Origin: Hyphochytrium catenoides
Taxonomy: Eukaryota; Protista; Hyphochytriomycota
DNA: 64,000 nucleotides
NCBI GenBank assembly: GCA_900088475.1
Contig: FLMG01002184.1
Location: 62,974 to 126,973 of the forward strand
Direction of reading: 5' to 3'
Under the pieces are notes generated by a model. That model made no database searches. It saw nothing but the letters and a program-made list of their open reading frames with translations, and was not told the origin of the DNA. Position numbers and translations under genes: made by a program. Below, piece after piece: positions 1 through 12,881 of this stretch (positions within the stretch are counted from its first letter, which is position 1; every line of letters starts with the position of its first letter).

Positions 1-360
1 GAATCGACGCTTGGAACGGCGAAACGGACAGAAGACGGGAGTGATAGAAGGATAGTGACGAAAGCGGATGCAGGGACAAATCCAATGTCTCCTACAAAAC
101 GCTCTGAAGTACCCCGGTTGCCGGTGGAAGGCATAGCCAATAATGAAGATGAGCGGCAACAAAGTAAGCACACAGAGCTGAACCCAGAGGATGACACGGC
201 AGAAAGTTGGCTGCTGATGCAATCACCACGCTTTGAGGCCATCAAGAGAGCGGAGCTTAAAAAGCCTCCATCAAGAGGTACAAGGTCTCTCGCGTCGTAT
301 AATTCCTTCCAGATCCCAACAAGTGCTAGAAAGATCATAGAGGCCGACTTGCCACACTAA
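1..360 (+). CDS. 3' end of an unknown gene entering from the previous window
   Basis: Frame open from the window edge to TAA at 358-360; hydrophilic, no recognisable domain; convergent with the kinase gene. Confidence 0.45.
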   Translation, partial: ESTLGTAKRTEDGSDRRIVTKADAGTNPMSPTKRSEVPRLPVEGIANNEDERQQSKHTELNPEDDTAESWLLMQSPRFEAIKRAELKKPPSRGTRSLASYNSFQIPTSARKIIEADLPH

Positions 361-467
361 CCCCAACAAATGTGGTACAAAAAGTCACTCCATGTATGAA
401 TAGGGACGAGTCAGATTGGCGGGCCGTGCGCTGGTTAACTTAGCTACACAGCTGAAAAGTTACCCTA

Positions 468-3400
468 TTACTCTACGGCTGCCTGCGCTTCCTTCTCAGT
501 GGAGAGGAAAGAGGCGAAAATATCTGATCGCAGTACGTCAGCCATGCTTGGTCGCTTGTGGGGATCAATTGCAAGCATGCTCTCTAGTAACTCCATGGCA
601 CCGGATACTTGCATCAACCTTCGCCTAGCTCTAGAAATGTATTCGTTGTTTCCTTTCCTCAATGAATAGGACTTTTGGTCAGCCCTAAATCGCTCCGCTG
701 TCAACGAATGTAATATAAGAAAAGCTGCGCGGCCATTAGAGCAGAGAATGAGGGGCCATACCTGTTGCACTTGGGCCCTGTAGACAGCGCTCAATCGCGG
801 ACCACACAGGCGACATAAAGACTTTTGCTTCGCATGCCGATGGGGGAGGCAAACCAATGAGGACGAGGATCCGGTAGAGCGTATTATACATAAGAACTTT
901 GTCTTCCGCTTCGGGGGCAGCATCTAGAAGGACTCTGAATTGCCTTGAACATTTGGACCCCTAAACTCAAGTAAGACAAGCTCGAGGCTATATGTAGCAA
1001 GACATGGCCTACCTCCCAAACCTTCTTAATGCTACATTTCAAAAGGGGTGGGCACACGACGCCTTCGAGAAGTTCCTCGTAGGGAGCACTGAGGGAACGT
1101 CAAGGCTGCTTTTAGTCTTCCTCTCATAGTACATGACCCCTACCCTAGCTTACCTCCCGCTGAAGAGGTGTAGCATACAGAGGCCTAGGGCGAAGGCATC
1201 CGCGGAGTAGTGCTGCTTGGCACCCGAACCCAACAGCAGCTGATCAATAGCAGTGTTTTCGAAAGTCGTGAACTGGCACGATTTGAGTAGGAGGATGGTT
1301 ATGCGCAAGAACATAGCAATCTGGAGCGGCTTTCTTACGTGACTGGCTTCTATAGGCTGACCAAGCGTAACAGACGAAGTATCAGCCGTGCCAAAGTCCG
1401 CAAGCTTGACGATGTAACTGTGGCCTTTCGAAAGAGGGATACAGAACTTCTTCTCTTCGAGATCATATTCCAGCCATTTTTCCTCCTCTTGCCCGACTCT
1501 TGCATCCTTGAGAAGAAAATTGAGCAGCTGCGTGCGAAGGGCTCTTAGTCACTATGCAGCCAAGGTAGGCTTGGCTCGCTGATTTACTTTACCTTGATGT
1601 CATAATGTCGCATTTGGTACTCTTGCTGGCCGGCGTAGAGTGCATAAGTCATCTGGAAAAGAAAAGGAAGGACAGCTTCTTGGACAGGAAGAACGCCATC
1701 TGGTTGGCCTCTGATATACTCCTCTAGATCTCCTGCATCGCATAGCTCCATTCTAATAAACTGGAATCGGCCCTTACAGCTGGGACGCTAGCAGAGGGCA
1801 ATAAGGAGCGGAAGTTACTCACATGCACTTAAGTTGATTTGACTTTTGGTTTCCTTAAGAGGCGCAAGGTACCTTTGGACATCTCTGCGTTTTATTGTCA
1901 AGGGCGTACTTTGTCTGGGCCGTCTGGAGGTCAATGTCTCCCAGAGGACTACGAAGATCTCGGCTGCCCCAGTGTGTGCTCTTTGGCGGAGGATAAGGAG
2001 CCTCGAAGGTCTATTAGATATGCAGGTCAGACAGCACTGGCAGCGGTATGGTTGTAGAAGTGTCCGACTTTACCTCATAAACCTGCACAAAATTGGGACA
2101 TATCTTCATTCTGCATAACTCTGACAGAAGTAGAGAACAATAGACCTCCTGCTGCACCACAGCCTGGAAAACATAAATAGATACAATTAGTATAGATGTG
2201 ACGAAGCAGTATCTCTCGGGAAAAGTAGCAGGCACCTCATTGCCTGTTTCTTCAATGGCATCGACATCCATGACACTCATGGCCTCAAAACGTTGATCAG
2301 CTCGAGACCAAACTTTGAAGACCTCTTTGTACGCGCCGTCGGAGAGATACAATCCCCAAGGAAAAGCTCTAAGAAGGGAGGCCCAACCCTCTATACGCTT
2401 CATCCTGTAAGAACGCATATCCCATTAGAGACCTGCTGCTAGGTTATTTCAAGCTGTTACTCTTACCCTCTCCCACTAGCCATGCATCTTGCCTCCGCTC
2501 TGCAGGAGATAGCGAACGTTATTGAAAGACCATTCTCGAAGAATCAAAGACGAACTTGGACGTTTACCTCCGCGACTCTTGCTTCCAGGTGCGGCTGACC
2601 TTAGCTGTCACGCTATGAAGCTCTTCCACCGTAAGGAACTCGAAGATTGGGGCTAAGACCATGCTGGGGATCACATAAACGCTTCGCACACCTAAACAAG
2701 ATAGAAATTGTGGGAGAAAAGTGAGGAAACGGAATACGAGTAGTCAGCGCGCTCATCGCTATCACTCACTTTCTAGCGTCAATCTGGCGACGTATGAAGC
2801 CTGAGAGTGCCTTCCTATGGAGAATGCTGCCAAGGAAAGGCGCCTATTGCGACCACGAAGCTTCCTCGCAGTACGTCCTTCCTCTGGCTGGACCATCTTT
2901 GCGGGAAGGCCAAACTCTTGCCCATTACGAAAGCCATTGAAGAGAGACGGTGGGAGCGGCAGCGCGTCAACGTCAAAGGTGTCCAGTCCATCTTCTTCAA
3001 CTTCTAAGGGCTCCTTCGCTCCTTTATCTTTGCCAAGGAGTTCGGGTGTCTTAGGGCTGCTTTGGAGCGGGATTGGAGAGCCCAGATCGGAGGAGTCAAA
3101 CGCAGTTGGCGCACGAACAGCTAGATGTCTTGAAGGAGTTTGAGGTGACTCAAAGACCTCACTGCATTTGTCCCTTTCTCGAATCTCGTCCTCATCACTT
3201 TCGATGGTTATGCGCTCTATACTGTTTGTGATATCTGCCAGCACTGACTTTCGCCGTACTCCTTCAGTTGTCTCCCTTTCCGGGCATGTTCCCTCCAACT
3301 CGTATTGTCTAAGTAATCCACATTAGAGCGAAAGTTGAGAAAAGCGGAGAGGAGGACGACAGTACGGAAGGCTAGGATTGAAGAGGAGGACGGTTCTCGC

Positions 3401-4936
3401 ATAGCAAGAGTGCAACCAAGGGGTATACATCAACTAGGATGGCGAAGATTCTACTTGGAGCAACAGACTTTTTACGCTCTAGGCTGCGATGCGAAGACCT
3501 ACCTCCGCCCATATAGACGTTTCTGCGCATCCTCTGTCTTCTTTTTCTGGGCACTTTTAGTCACCAGAACAGCCAGAGCCAGCTCTCTCTGAATGGGCCG
3601 CAGTAGCGACGTCTTGATTTTGTACCTAACGTTCACTTGACTCTTTCCAAGCTCAAACCCTAGCTCTTCTAGGAGACTTCCGAAGCGCAGCCGCCGATCA
3701 AAACTCCATTCTTTCGGGACTTCGACAAGACACCCCTGTCCGAAGCCGTAATCGAAGGAAGTGGACGCTGGAAGGTCCAGACAAAGCAAGAATGGTGAGC
3801 TAGCAGGAGGATTTGCATTTTTCGCATAGAGTTTACTGACCTTCTCTCAACATTTCATACAATGTCGCGACGTCGTCTGAAGCCGCCTGCCTAATAATAT
3901 CTTTGGCCTTCTTCTTGGGTCCTACCCTGCCCTTACCCAACTCTTCTTTCTGAAGATAGACATGTTAGTGTATTGAAGGTAGGACTCTAAAGTAAGCTCT
4001 TTGATGTACTTGCCTTCAGAAGTTGCCTTGAAGGACGGGCGGTAGACGCCTGTCTCATCTGTTTAGCCCGACCAGTCTGCTTATTGGTCCTCTGTTTCTG
4101 GCTCGTTGAGCGCCACTCCTCGTCACTTTCAGCACCGTCACTTTGAGCGGAAAAGTAATCGCTCCCTGTATTCTCAGATCCTCCATCACTGGTTGGCGTT
4201 TCACAGAGCTTTAGCTGATTCTGCAGAAGCGGAGGTTTGAAGATATCATCCAACGATGTGTTCGGCGACGAGCATATCGTTCTTCTTCCTCGCCGCCTAT
4301 TTGGAGCTGGCCACTGGGTGACGTCCTCATCGACCAGCACTGAATCATCCAGGCAGCTTGGACCTTGATGAACAGTCTGAGGGCTCTCAGTGACGGGCAC
4401 CATCCCTTCAATCAACTCGGAGATCTGTTGCCCTTCAATAATCCGTCTGTAACATTGTGAACGCTCTGTTTAGTTTCGAATTCATCGTTAGACCATCTAA
4501 TGGATATCGTACGGTAAGCTGCTGGACTGCAATGCACCTCGCCCTGCCTGCAAGCCAGAGGTTAAGGGGACCTTCGCTTTTACTTGGTAAGTTCGCAGTC
4601 TCCCTTTGCCGGTCAGTGTATTCTCTTGGAGCCTTTGGAAGCTCGTGGCATACTTAGGAGGTGATTGATCGAGCCAAGACATTTTTACCGTCGACACTCT
4701 CTATTACTGCTGGTCGCAGTACCCTAGCCTCTGTCACAAAGAACGTCCCCGATAATGTCCTACAAGAATCAAGTGACGATGGTCATTGGACGTGGTATCT
4801 GGTTGTTGCAGCTCTTCTTCCGGTGTACCTTCATATAAAACCTATTGCACGATGGGTTTTTTAAAATATCGGCCTGCAAGGGCTCATGGAATCCGCAGAG
4901 ACTAAAGCCTACAGAGGGGACAAGCTTGCTATCCAT
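468..4936 (-). CDS. Multi-exon atypical Ser/Thr protein kinase with a long disordered N-terminus (haspin-like layout); start and last exon approximate
   Basis: Spliced translation gives LSDGAYKEVFKV, EAMSVM, QEVYCSLLL, CPNFVQVY, QFIRMELCDAGDLEE, MRHYDIK|LLNF, VKLADFG, DAFALG, MLAIDPHKRPS; kinase-domain exons join via canonical GT-AG introns. Confidence 0.8.
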
Positions 4937-5004
4937 GTCATGTCTCTTGATAAAAATCTGTCTCGAGTGCGAAGGACACTGCAGAAACTGATGATGTACA
5001 GAAT

Positions 5005-5066
5005 TTTGAAGTTTTTTAGCCGTTAACCTCCGGCCGTTAGCGTCTTGATTGGACGTTAACGGTCAT
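5005..5066. promoter_or_regulatory. Cluster of MYB/MSA-like TAACGG sites, a CHR-like TTTGAA and a CCAAT box in the kinase/PDH divergent intergenic region
   Basis: TTTGAA 5005-5010; CCGTTA 5020-5025 and 5034-5039; ATTGG 5048-5052; TAACGG 5057-5062. Confidence 0.45.
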
Positions 5067-5404
5067 CAAGGCGTTAGCGACCTCCGTAGATACGTTGGAG
5101 CCGTAGATTTCTGTGTGTGAAACAGAGGCCAATTCTTCCTCACTTTACGACGGGAATGACGACAGGAGACAGAGATCATTACTACTGCCAGCACATCCCT
5201 GTTAGAATATAGTTTTCTGACCTCTTATAGCGGCACTATTACTGCGCTGATCGACGGTAAAATGCAGGCCCAAGGCGTTATGAAGGTCTTGGTCTGCACC
5301 AATGATCCAGAAAGCTGTGGGAAAGGAAGACACAAAGCTTCAGATCAGAAGTGGACGAGCTTGGGGCTTGATAAGCGCAACCTTGCGAACAGAACGCCGT
5401 AAGT

Positions 5405-6752
5405 ATGATCCGTCAGTTGGTGGGCGCTACTAGGGCCAAGCTGCCCACTGGGCTAGCCGCCCGAGGCTTTGCTAGCTCTGCAGAACCAATCCAGATTGAG
5501 CTCTCGACCAAGTTCTTGACGCACAGTAAGAGTTGTTCGTTGCACCTGTTGGGATCTTATGCAAAGGCTAACCTCACTGGGTCTATCTTTTGATGGACAG
5601 ATTTGGAGAATGCGCCGTCTCAGACCGTGACGACCACCCGGGAGGAACTCATGGAGTTTTATAAGCTGATGTATACTATGCGAAGGATGGAGATCGCTTG
5701 CGACAACGAATACAAAGCCAGAAACATTCGAGGATTTTGCCATCTGTATGACGGACAGGAAGCAGTTGCTACAGGCATAGAGGCCGCTTTTACAAGGGAA
5801 GATAGCTGGATCACCTCCTACCGCTGCCATTGCGTTGCGCTTGCTAGAGGGTTCACGGTAGCTCAGGTGATTGGCGAACTCTTCGGTGTGACTTGTGGTG
5901 TCGTCCGTGGCAAGGGCGGGTCCATGCATATGTACAGTAGAAAGAACAACTTCTACGGAGGCCAAGGAATCGTAGGTGCCCAGGTACCTGTTGGTACCGG
6001 ACTTGCTTTCGCTGCCAAGTACCTTCATAAGGGACCAGGACCCACCCCTGTGGCTCTCGCATGCTTTGGAGATGGTGCTGCCAACCAGGGTCAGGTCTTT
6101 GAATCTGCGAACATGGCTGCGCTCTGGGATCTTCCCATCATATATGGCATTGAAAATAACAGATACGGTAAACTCGCCGATATGCACTTCTATTCGTATG
6201 TTCGTCGCGTTGTGGATTGACCTCGTCCTTCCTGTAGGCATGGGAACCTCTGTGGAGCGATCCACTGCAAACACTGAGTACTATACTATGGGCAACAAGA
6301 TTCCAGGCATCAAGATCGATGGTATGGACGTGCTGGCAGTGAAGGAGGGTATGAAGTTCTGCAAGGACTGGTGTGGCAATGGCAACGGGCCCATCTTTGC
6401 TGAGCTAAGCACTTACCGTTACCACGGTCACTCTATGTCTGATCCTGGCGTAACCTATAGAAACCGTGACGAAATCTCACAGATCAGGGCGTCTCGCGAT
6501 CCTATCGAAAGGGTCAAGAAGACTCTTCTGGACAATTCTTTAGCTACTCCTGAAGAGATTAAGGAGGTGGAAAAGGAGATCCGTAGTTATGTACAGGAGG
6601 AGGTGAAGAAGGCTAAGTCCAGCCCAGCTCCTAATGACTTAGAGGCTTTCACTGATATCTACATCTCTCAGGAAGGGAAGTCGGAATACCCTCCCTTCAT
6701 CCGCGCTCCAGATATTGCTAAGAGCCTCGTCAATGGACAGCGCTTGTCATGA
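5405..6752 (+). CDS. PDHA1: Mitochondrial pyruvate dehydrogenase E1 alpha subunit, 3 exons (5405-5525, 5601-6167, 6238-6752)
   Basis: [23 protein letters not shown] motif GDGAANQGQ...ENNRYG|[17 protein letters not shown]; Arg-rich presequence; two GT-AG introns restore the frame. Confidence 0.97.
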
Positions 6753-7087
6753 GCTCCTGGGATAGCTTGTTATGGTGGTCTGGGTGCCTCCTACTAAATT
6801 AATGGATAGTGACCTTTACTGTGAAGCAGCGTACACTTGTAACCCAATGGAGCTGACCACTTCGGGCCTCATAAATAGCTAGTAGAGAGGTGACGCTTGT
6901 CCTTCCATCTCAGATCATGAGCTTATCAGAGACCATCATCGTGTCACCTTCCATTCCACCCCTGCCACATCACAAGCAGCCTTCGCCTTCATCCTCACAC
7001 AGATGAAGCCAGCCAAAGGGTGGCAGGACTATACAGGATAATAGTCCTCCCATTCAGAATATGCCAGATGCCAAAAAAGTTCTCTTG

Positions 7088-7124
7088 TGTACACTGTACT
7101 GTAGTACTGTAGGCAGTATACAGT
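7088..7124. repeat. Short GTAC/TACTGTA palindromic motif cluster upstream of TRF4
   Basis: tgtacactgtactgtagtactgtaggcagtatacagt; three GTAC. Confidence 0.5.
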
Positions 7125-7537
7125 GAACACCTCGATACACCCCTCATTCCTGATTATCATGCTTTGTGGGTTAAGTAGGAGGAGGATTGGTGATGAGGAA
7201 GCTATTTCTTTACCAAGACAAAGCTCTTGTAGATTTCTTCAGACCGAAGCCGGCAGCAAATGTCCCCGATGCCCATTCCGCGCCTCGCTCACTGGTCAGA
7301 CCAACCTTCGAGGCTATTCAGCTGCCCAGCTATTGTCTGCTGAGGAGGCGAGGACAAGAACTGCGCCGTCCTCTGCTTGCGGTGCCCCTATATCAGTCAA
7401 CTGTAGACCCAGGTCAGCGCCTCCAAGACAGGGAGAAGTCGTGTCTGCTAGAACATGACTCCAATTTACGCTTGAGACGTGGAAGATCCTGGCTGTGGGG
7501 CCTATAAACGGCTCTACCTTTCAAGGCAAGAAGAATA

Positions 7538-9433
7538 ATGGGGAGGAAAGCCAAGCAAAAAAGGGAGAAAGAAGAGCAACAGGAGGCGGAGCTGAGGGGC
7601 AAGCACATACGTAAGAGGCGCCGCCAAGAAGTCAAAGAAATTCGGAAAGAGCAGAAGAAGGCTGAGAGAGGAGCACGTCGTGGGCATGAGAAGGTAAAGG
7701 TCTCCTGCTTCATAAACATCACCGTTGCTACGCTCGACTATTATACCCGTATATCAACCTCCTTTCATTCCAGAAGCTGAGCCCTTCTCTACTTAAGGCT
7801 GACGGCACATCGCACGTTTTTATCCACCAGGCACAGTCAACTCCGGCTCGTCAGAACATCAGTCAGCAGGCTGATGCGATTATTTCAGAGAATGATGCTG
7901 ACGGATTTATAGAGCTCTACCCAGCTTTTGATGTCTTCAGCCCTCAAAAGAGTGAGGAACGGCATGGTGCCTCTTCTGAAAAGAAGAAGGTCGTCGACCT
8001 ACCGCCTTGGATTCCTGAAGGCAAAAAGTACACGGCGCAACATGCATTGCTGAATCTTCACGAGGAGATCCTTGACTTCTGCGACTTCATCTCTCCGTCC
8101 CTAGAAGAAAAACAGCAACGAGCAGATGTCTTTGAAGAACTGTCTACTATGATCAAAAAGCTCTGGCCAACAGCTCAGGTTGACATGCACGGCAGTCAGG
8201 CTACAGATCTCTATCTTCCCACTAGCGACATTGACGTCATGGTCAACATTCCTGGAGACACAGCAGCGAGCCAAGTCATGCATCTGCAGTGCCTCGCCAC
8301 AGTATCCTTTCAACTAAATTGTCCCAGACTCACCTGTTCCCTGGGTGGCAGACTGTCTATACTTTCTTTAGCCTTCTGCTTCCGTCGCTGAAAGTATTAG
8401 CACCATCGTCATTCTGGCGCTCCTTCTGATAGCAAACTTTGCCCGGTTTAGGTCCCCCGCCCCCCAACTTACTATCTTTCTTTTGAGCACATACTGATTC
8501 AAGGACGTAATTGTTTTGTGATGACTTTGGCCCTTCTTTATTTGTACCTTAACTCTTTCACAGCAGCTTGAACGTCAAGGAGTCCCTTCCTACCTGGAGG
8601 TGATTGCCAAAGCAAGAATCCCTATCGTGAAGTATACACACAAGCAGACAGGTATTAACGTCGATGTTTGCTTTGGAGTGGACAGCGGCGCGAGAACAGC
8701 CGCACTTATTCGCAAATTTATGAGTCGGATGTCTCCTTTACGGCCGCTTGTCCTGGTCTTGAAGCAGTTCTTGATGCAGAGAGGCCTCAATGAGACCTTT
8801 ACCGGCGGAGTCGGCTCTTTCCTCTTGCAGCTGATGGTCATCAGTTTCCTACAGCAGTTTCAGCGGCAGTGGTTCAAAACGCCGGTAGCGGAGCGACCCA
8901 TCGTCAGCTTGGGATTGCTGCTTGTAGAGTTTCTAAAATTATATGGAGAAGATCTGAACTACGTGACCACCGGCCTGTCAGTGCTGCACAGCGGAACTTA
9001 CTATTCCAAAGAAGAGGAGCAGAGACTCAACAATGGCCGACCCTTCCTGCTCTCCGTGGAGAACCCTGACGATCCAACTCTAGATGTCTCCGCCAATTCC
9101 TTCGAAATCCGCCAAGTTCGAAGGATCTTTCTCTATGCCTACAACCGACTTAGAGGGCAGCTGCATAGAGCGGCCGGAGAACCTAGTCGTTACTTCAAAT
9201 ACAACGGCAGTCTATTAGCGCATATTATAGCGTTGGATGACAGCATTGTAGCGAGGTTCCATCACCAAGGCAAACCCTTTGGGTTCGAACCTCTTGAGTT
9301 CGGCGCTCTCGAGGATGAGTCGAAGGAGCAAGGTCGAGAAAGAGCGTTTGGCAACCACGAGCGGCAGATGTCATCGGGCAAACCCACGCCTTCTCGCTTT
9401 AGGAGGAAACGACACCGCGGAAAGAATATCTGA
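7538..9433 (+). CDS. TRF4: Non-canonical poly(A) polymerase of the TRF4/PAPD5 (TRAMP) family
   Basis: LHEEILDF, GSQATDLYLPTSDIDV (GS...DxD), IAKARIPIVK, VDVCF, LKQFLMQRGLNETFTGGVGS, LSVENPDDP; basic N-terminal exon from ATG 7538. Confidence 0.92.
8302..8563 (+). other. U12-type (minor spliceosome) GT-AG intron in TRF4, 262 nt, phase 0
   Basis: Donor GTATCCTTT at 8302; branch ACCTTAAC at 8546-8553, 10 nt from the intron end; removal gives in-frame ...QCLAT|QLERQGVPSYLEVIAKARIP. Confidence 0.85.
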
Positions 9434-9622
9434 GACAGTTTTTCGTCCTTTGACTATTTATTGTGCCTTTCTATTGCACGGAGTTCTTCTTCTGTACAGT
9501 TCTCACTCTGGGCTTAGTTTGATGCTGTGTCCTCCTTCACTCCTTACACCATAACCTTAATGTGTCCTTTTTTAGGGCGAAAGAACAACGTCTTGGTTCT
9601 TTAGAACATCCAGAATGAGGCT

Positions 9623-12600
9623 TCACTCTCTCTTCCTTGCTTTGCCCTCTATCCGCGTCACTGTTAAAACCACAAGCGAGAGTACAGAAGTTGTTATCAG
9701 TAGCCAGCTCCAAGCTGGGTGGCCAAAAGGGCTCCGATAAGGATTGTCTCTATGGTTAAGAGTGCGAATCTTCACCCCTCCTTCTGGCTCGTCATTAGTG
9801 GATATACTCTCACGCACTCGAAGCTTCAGGTCGTCTACTTTTCTCCTCGCGCAAATTAACAAAGCTGTGGGAATGACCCACTGATTATAAGTTAGTTCAT
9901 GTTACCAGGGTAGCCCAAACGGAGCTGTACGAACGGAGAAACGCTATAGATTGCAACAACGCAGAACCGATAAAGTTTGGGACAGAAGAGAGGTCAGCTA
10001 GAAAAATGCGAGGAGAGGGACACAAAGAGGGAAGAGGAGAGAGACAGATACAGTCCGAAAGAAGAGCAGTACCTGGATGCCTAGACCGGCATAGCTCCCA
10101 GTGAATCCAATCAGCCCAGAGACGTCTTCGGTCCAGAGAGCGACAAGGGTAGGGGGAGCTATTGCTAGGAGAGGGTAGAAAGTTCTGTTCCAAGCGGACG
10201 AGCCCCCAGAACTTTGAGATCTCAAAAACGGCTCTGTAGCCTCGTCTCTAAGGGCGAGAAGGCCACTTCGGTCCACCAGAGTCTTCAGGTTTTCCCTTAG
10301 GGTGATTCCAATCAATGGAAAATTCGAGCTATTTGGTCACAGGGAATGAAAGTGAGGCCCTTTTTTTTTACCGGTCGTGCGAGAGTTATGGTAAATGCTT
10401 GAGAAAAGAAACGGGTTGGCAATGTATGCATGGACGAGAGAGAAGGCTCAGAAAGTGCGATCAACTGGCGTAGTAAGTACCTTAGAGTGAAAACCGGGAA
10501 GAACATTAGAAAGTACGATATCAGGCCAACAGTAGTCCCTTTGAAGTTCAGGGTGTATATATCCTAGGTAAAAACAACAGAGGAAGTTCAGTCACAGATC
10601 TCAGCTCTGTGTCTCGGGGTAAGCGCTATGCATACCTCAATCTTTTCCTTGGAAAACCGAAAAACCGCTGTCAAACAGAGAATGAGGTACACGGCCAACA
10701 CAGCCTGGAAAGCCTCGTCAGCTTGACAAAGTGGGTGGAACAAAAGCGCATAGGAAGTTGAGATAAGAGAACCGAGGGTGAAAGTCGCGGAGACTGCAAA
10801 GAGCAGGTAGGCAGAGATCCCAATAACTCCTTGCCAAGGACCTGCGAAGGTAGTAAGTTGAAGATGGGCGAGAAGACGGCCGTCTAATTCCAAGGACAGA
10901 AAAGACTCTATGCATTGTGTGCTCAGGAACTGACCACAAAGTCCAGGAAGAGGACTTTGTGGGCGGCCGACTTCTTCTTCATTGGGTAGATTAGCCCGGG
11001 TATGCTACAGACAGAATGTATCAGTCAAAGCTTAGTCTTCAGTCAAATCTGATACGGCTTCTCTTTTCTGGCCCGCGGTCAATAGTTACCCCTCGTCTTG
11101 GGTTGTTCTCTCACTTCTCGTTCTCTCTAACACCTGCTCACGTCGTTATCTTCTGGTGTGCAGACTACTCATGCTTGTCTGTCTCTCTGCTAACTATGCG
11201 ACGCTCAGTGAAGCACCTGTGATGACACATGAAGGCGTATATTGAGGCCCCGAAGAGTGTGGGCAACCCCCTCCAATTCTCGAACTCTGCCACGCTTGCA
11301 GGTTCAGGTCCCTTTCCGCGAAAGATGCCTACAGCAGCCAGACCTATCATTAAGGAAAACGCTCCATGGCGCATCAAAGTAGTAAAGAGCTGTAAAGCCT
11401 TGGTCTTCTGCACGCTGCCAAAGACGAAGGGCCCCAGCGAGCAAACGAACAGGAGAACGAAGACCCGATACAGCTAAGGGAGACAACGGCAGACGGCATA
11501 GTTGTCAGAAGTATGTCCGGCGTTATTGAGCTGTATCTACTGGAGAACCAAGGAACGACGCAATGCCATCGCGAAAGTCGGCCAAGCACATTCCGTAACC
11601 TAGAGCATCTACTGATTGCAGTGGCATGGCATGAACTCACCGATTTGCTACTGAGCCCCGCCTGGCATTGCCACTCCGTTGCGCTTGCCGTAGGCCGAGG
11701 ACAAGCAATTTCGCGCAGCGACTTTGGCACGGCTATTCCCGGATCAGCGTTATACAAATAAGAGAAGGTAGAATGAGCTGGACGAGTGCAAAACGACTAG
11801 AATGGTAATGTTGAGAGCAAAGACATGAAAAGAGAGCGAATGGCAGAGATGGCACGCTAACCAAGTGTTCGACAGGGAAGATCCCGGGGGCGGAAAGCGT
11901 GAGAAAAAAGTGTCGATAGAGAAGAGGGGAGGCACAAAGAGTGATCTTGGTCCCCATACCTACGGCATAGATGGCAAGGTCTCCAAAAAGGTAGACAGTG
12001 ACACACAAATAAAACAAAGCTCGGCCCGCGCGAGAAAAGAGCTCTTCGGCCATCACAGAGAGTTCCACCTGCAGTCATGAGTTAGTGAGGTTCGTGCGCC
12101 TCGTGCTAAGCCTTGCAGTTACTTCTACCTTTCTGGTTATGCTGAAGGAGTCCACCTTGCTTACGTGATATAGCTCCGGCTTGTTCTCCGACTACATAAA
12201 GCAGAGAGGTAAAGTATGCGTCACGAGTCTTAAGAGTGTGTTGATTAAAGAGGAAATGGACACAGGAGAAATACCGAAGAAGAGGCGATTGCGCAGGTGA
12301 GATGCCGATACAATGCCTCAACTAGAATCACTCGAACGTGCGTTATGTCAAGAGCCCCAAAAGTGCTGCTACAGATGAATTGCAGGAACTCGCAGATCGG
12401 CACACCTAAAGGCTCAACTAAGGTCTGAAGGTCAAGGAGAAGAACAATTCCTCGAAGTGAACCCCAAAAAGTACCTTCTTTCCTCTCAGATCGATGATTC
12501 CGGTATCTGCAATAACGATCCTCTGCTCATGTGCATGCTCCTGGAGAAAGATCACTGCAGCGATACTCTCCACAGTAAAGGTAGCTGAGATAAAACTCAG

Positions 12601-12881
12601 AAATGACAGAGTAGCCAACAGAATAGCGCCGTAGACGATGCCAGTCTGCGTTGAAGGGTCGAGAAGAGGGGATTATGACGATACACTATGACGATAGATA
12701 AGAGAAGATAGGGTGACAGACGGAGGCGTGAGAGAGAGTGTAATTCCGGATACAAGCCTCATACCTCTGCGAATGCATGGGGAATCATCAGTGCGCCTGC
12801 CCCTACAATAAGGTTGAAGATGAATACGAAGGCGGTGGCCGCGCCATACTGGGTGGAGCTCACATCTCCGCCACCAGCCAT
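9623..12881 (-). CDS. TMEM104: TMEM104-like (SLC38/AAAP-family) amino acid transporter, many exons
   Basis: N-terminus MAGGGDVSSTQYGAATAFVFIFNLIVGAGALMIP; RK|VELSVMAEELF; YLFGDLAIYAV|AVPKSL; VQKTKALQ; YAFMCHH|SIPGL; FPVFTLS|SNFPLIGITLRENL; GSYAGLGIQ; NPYRSPF. Confidence 0.88.

Noticed and set aside
7123-7507. ORFs upstream of TRF4
   Set aside because: No domain similarity or splice link to TRF4; at most uORFs
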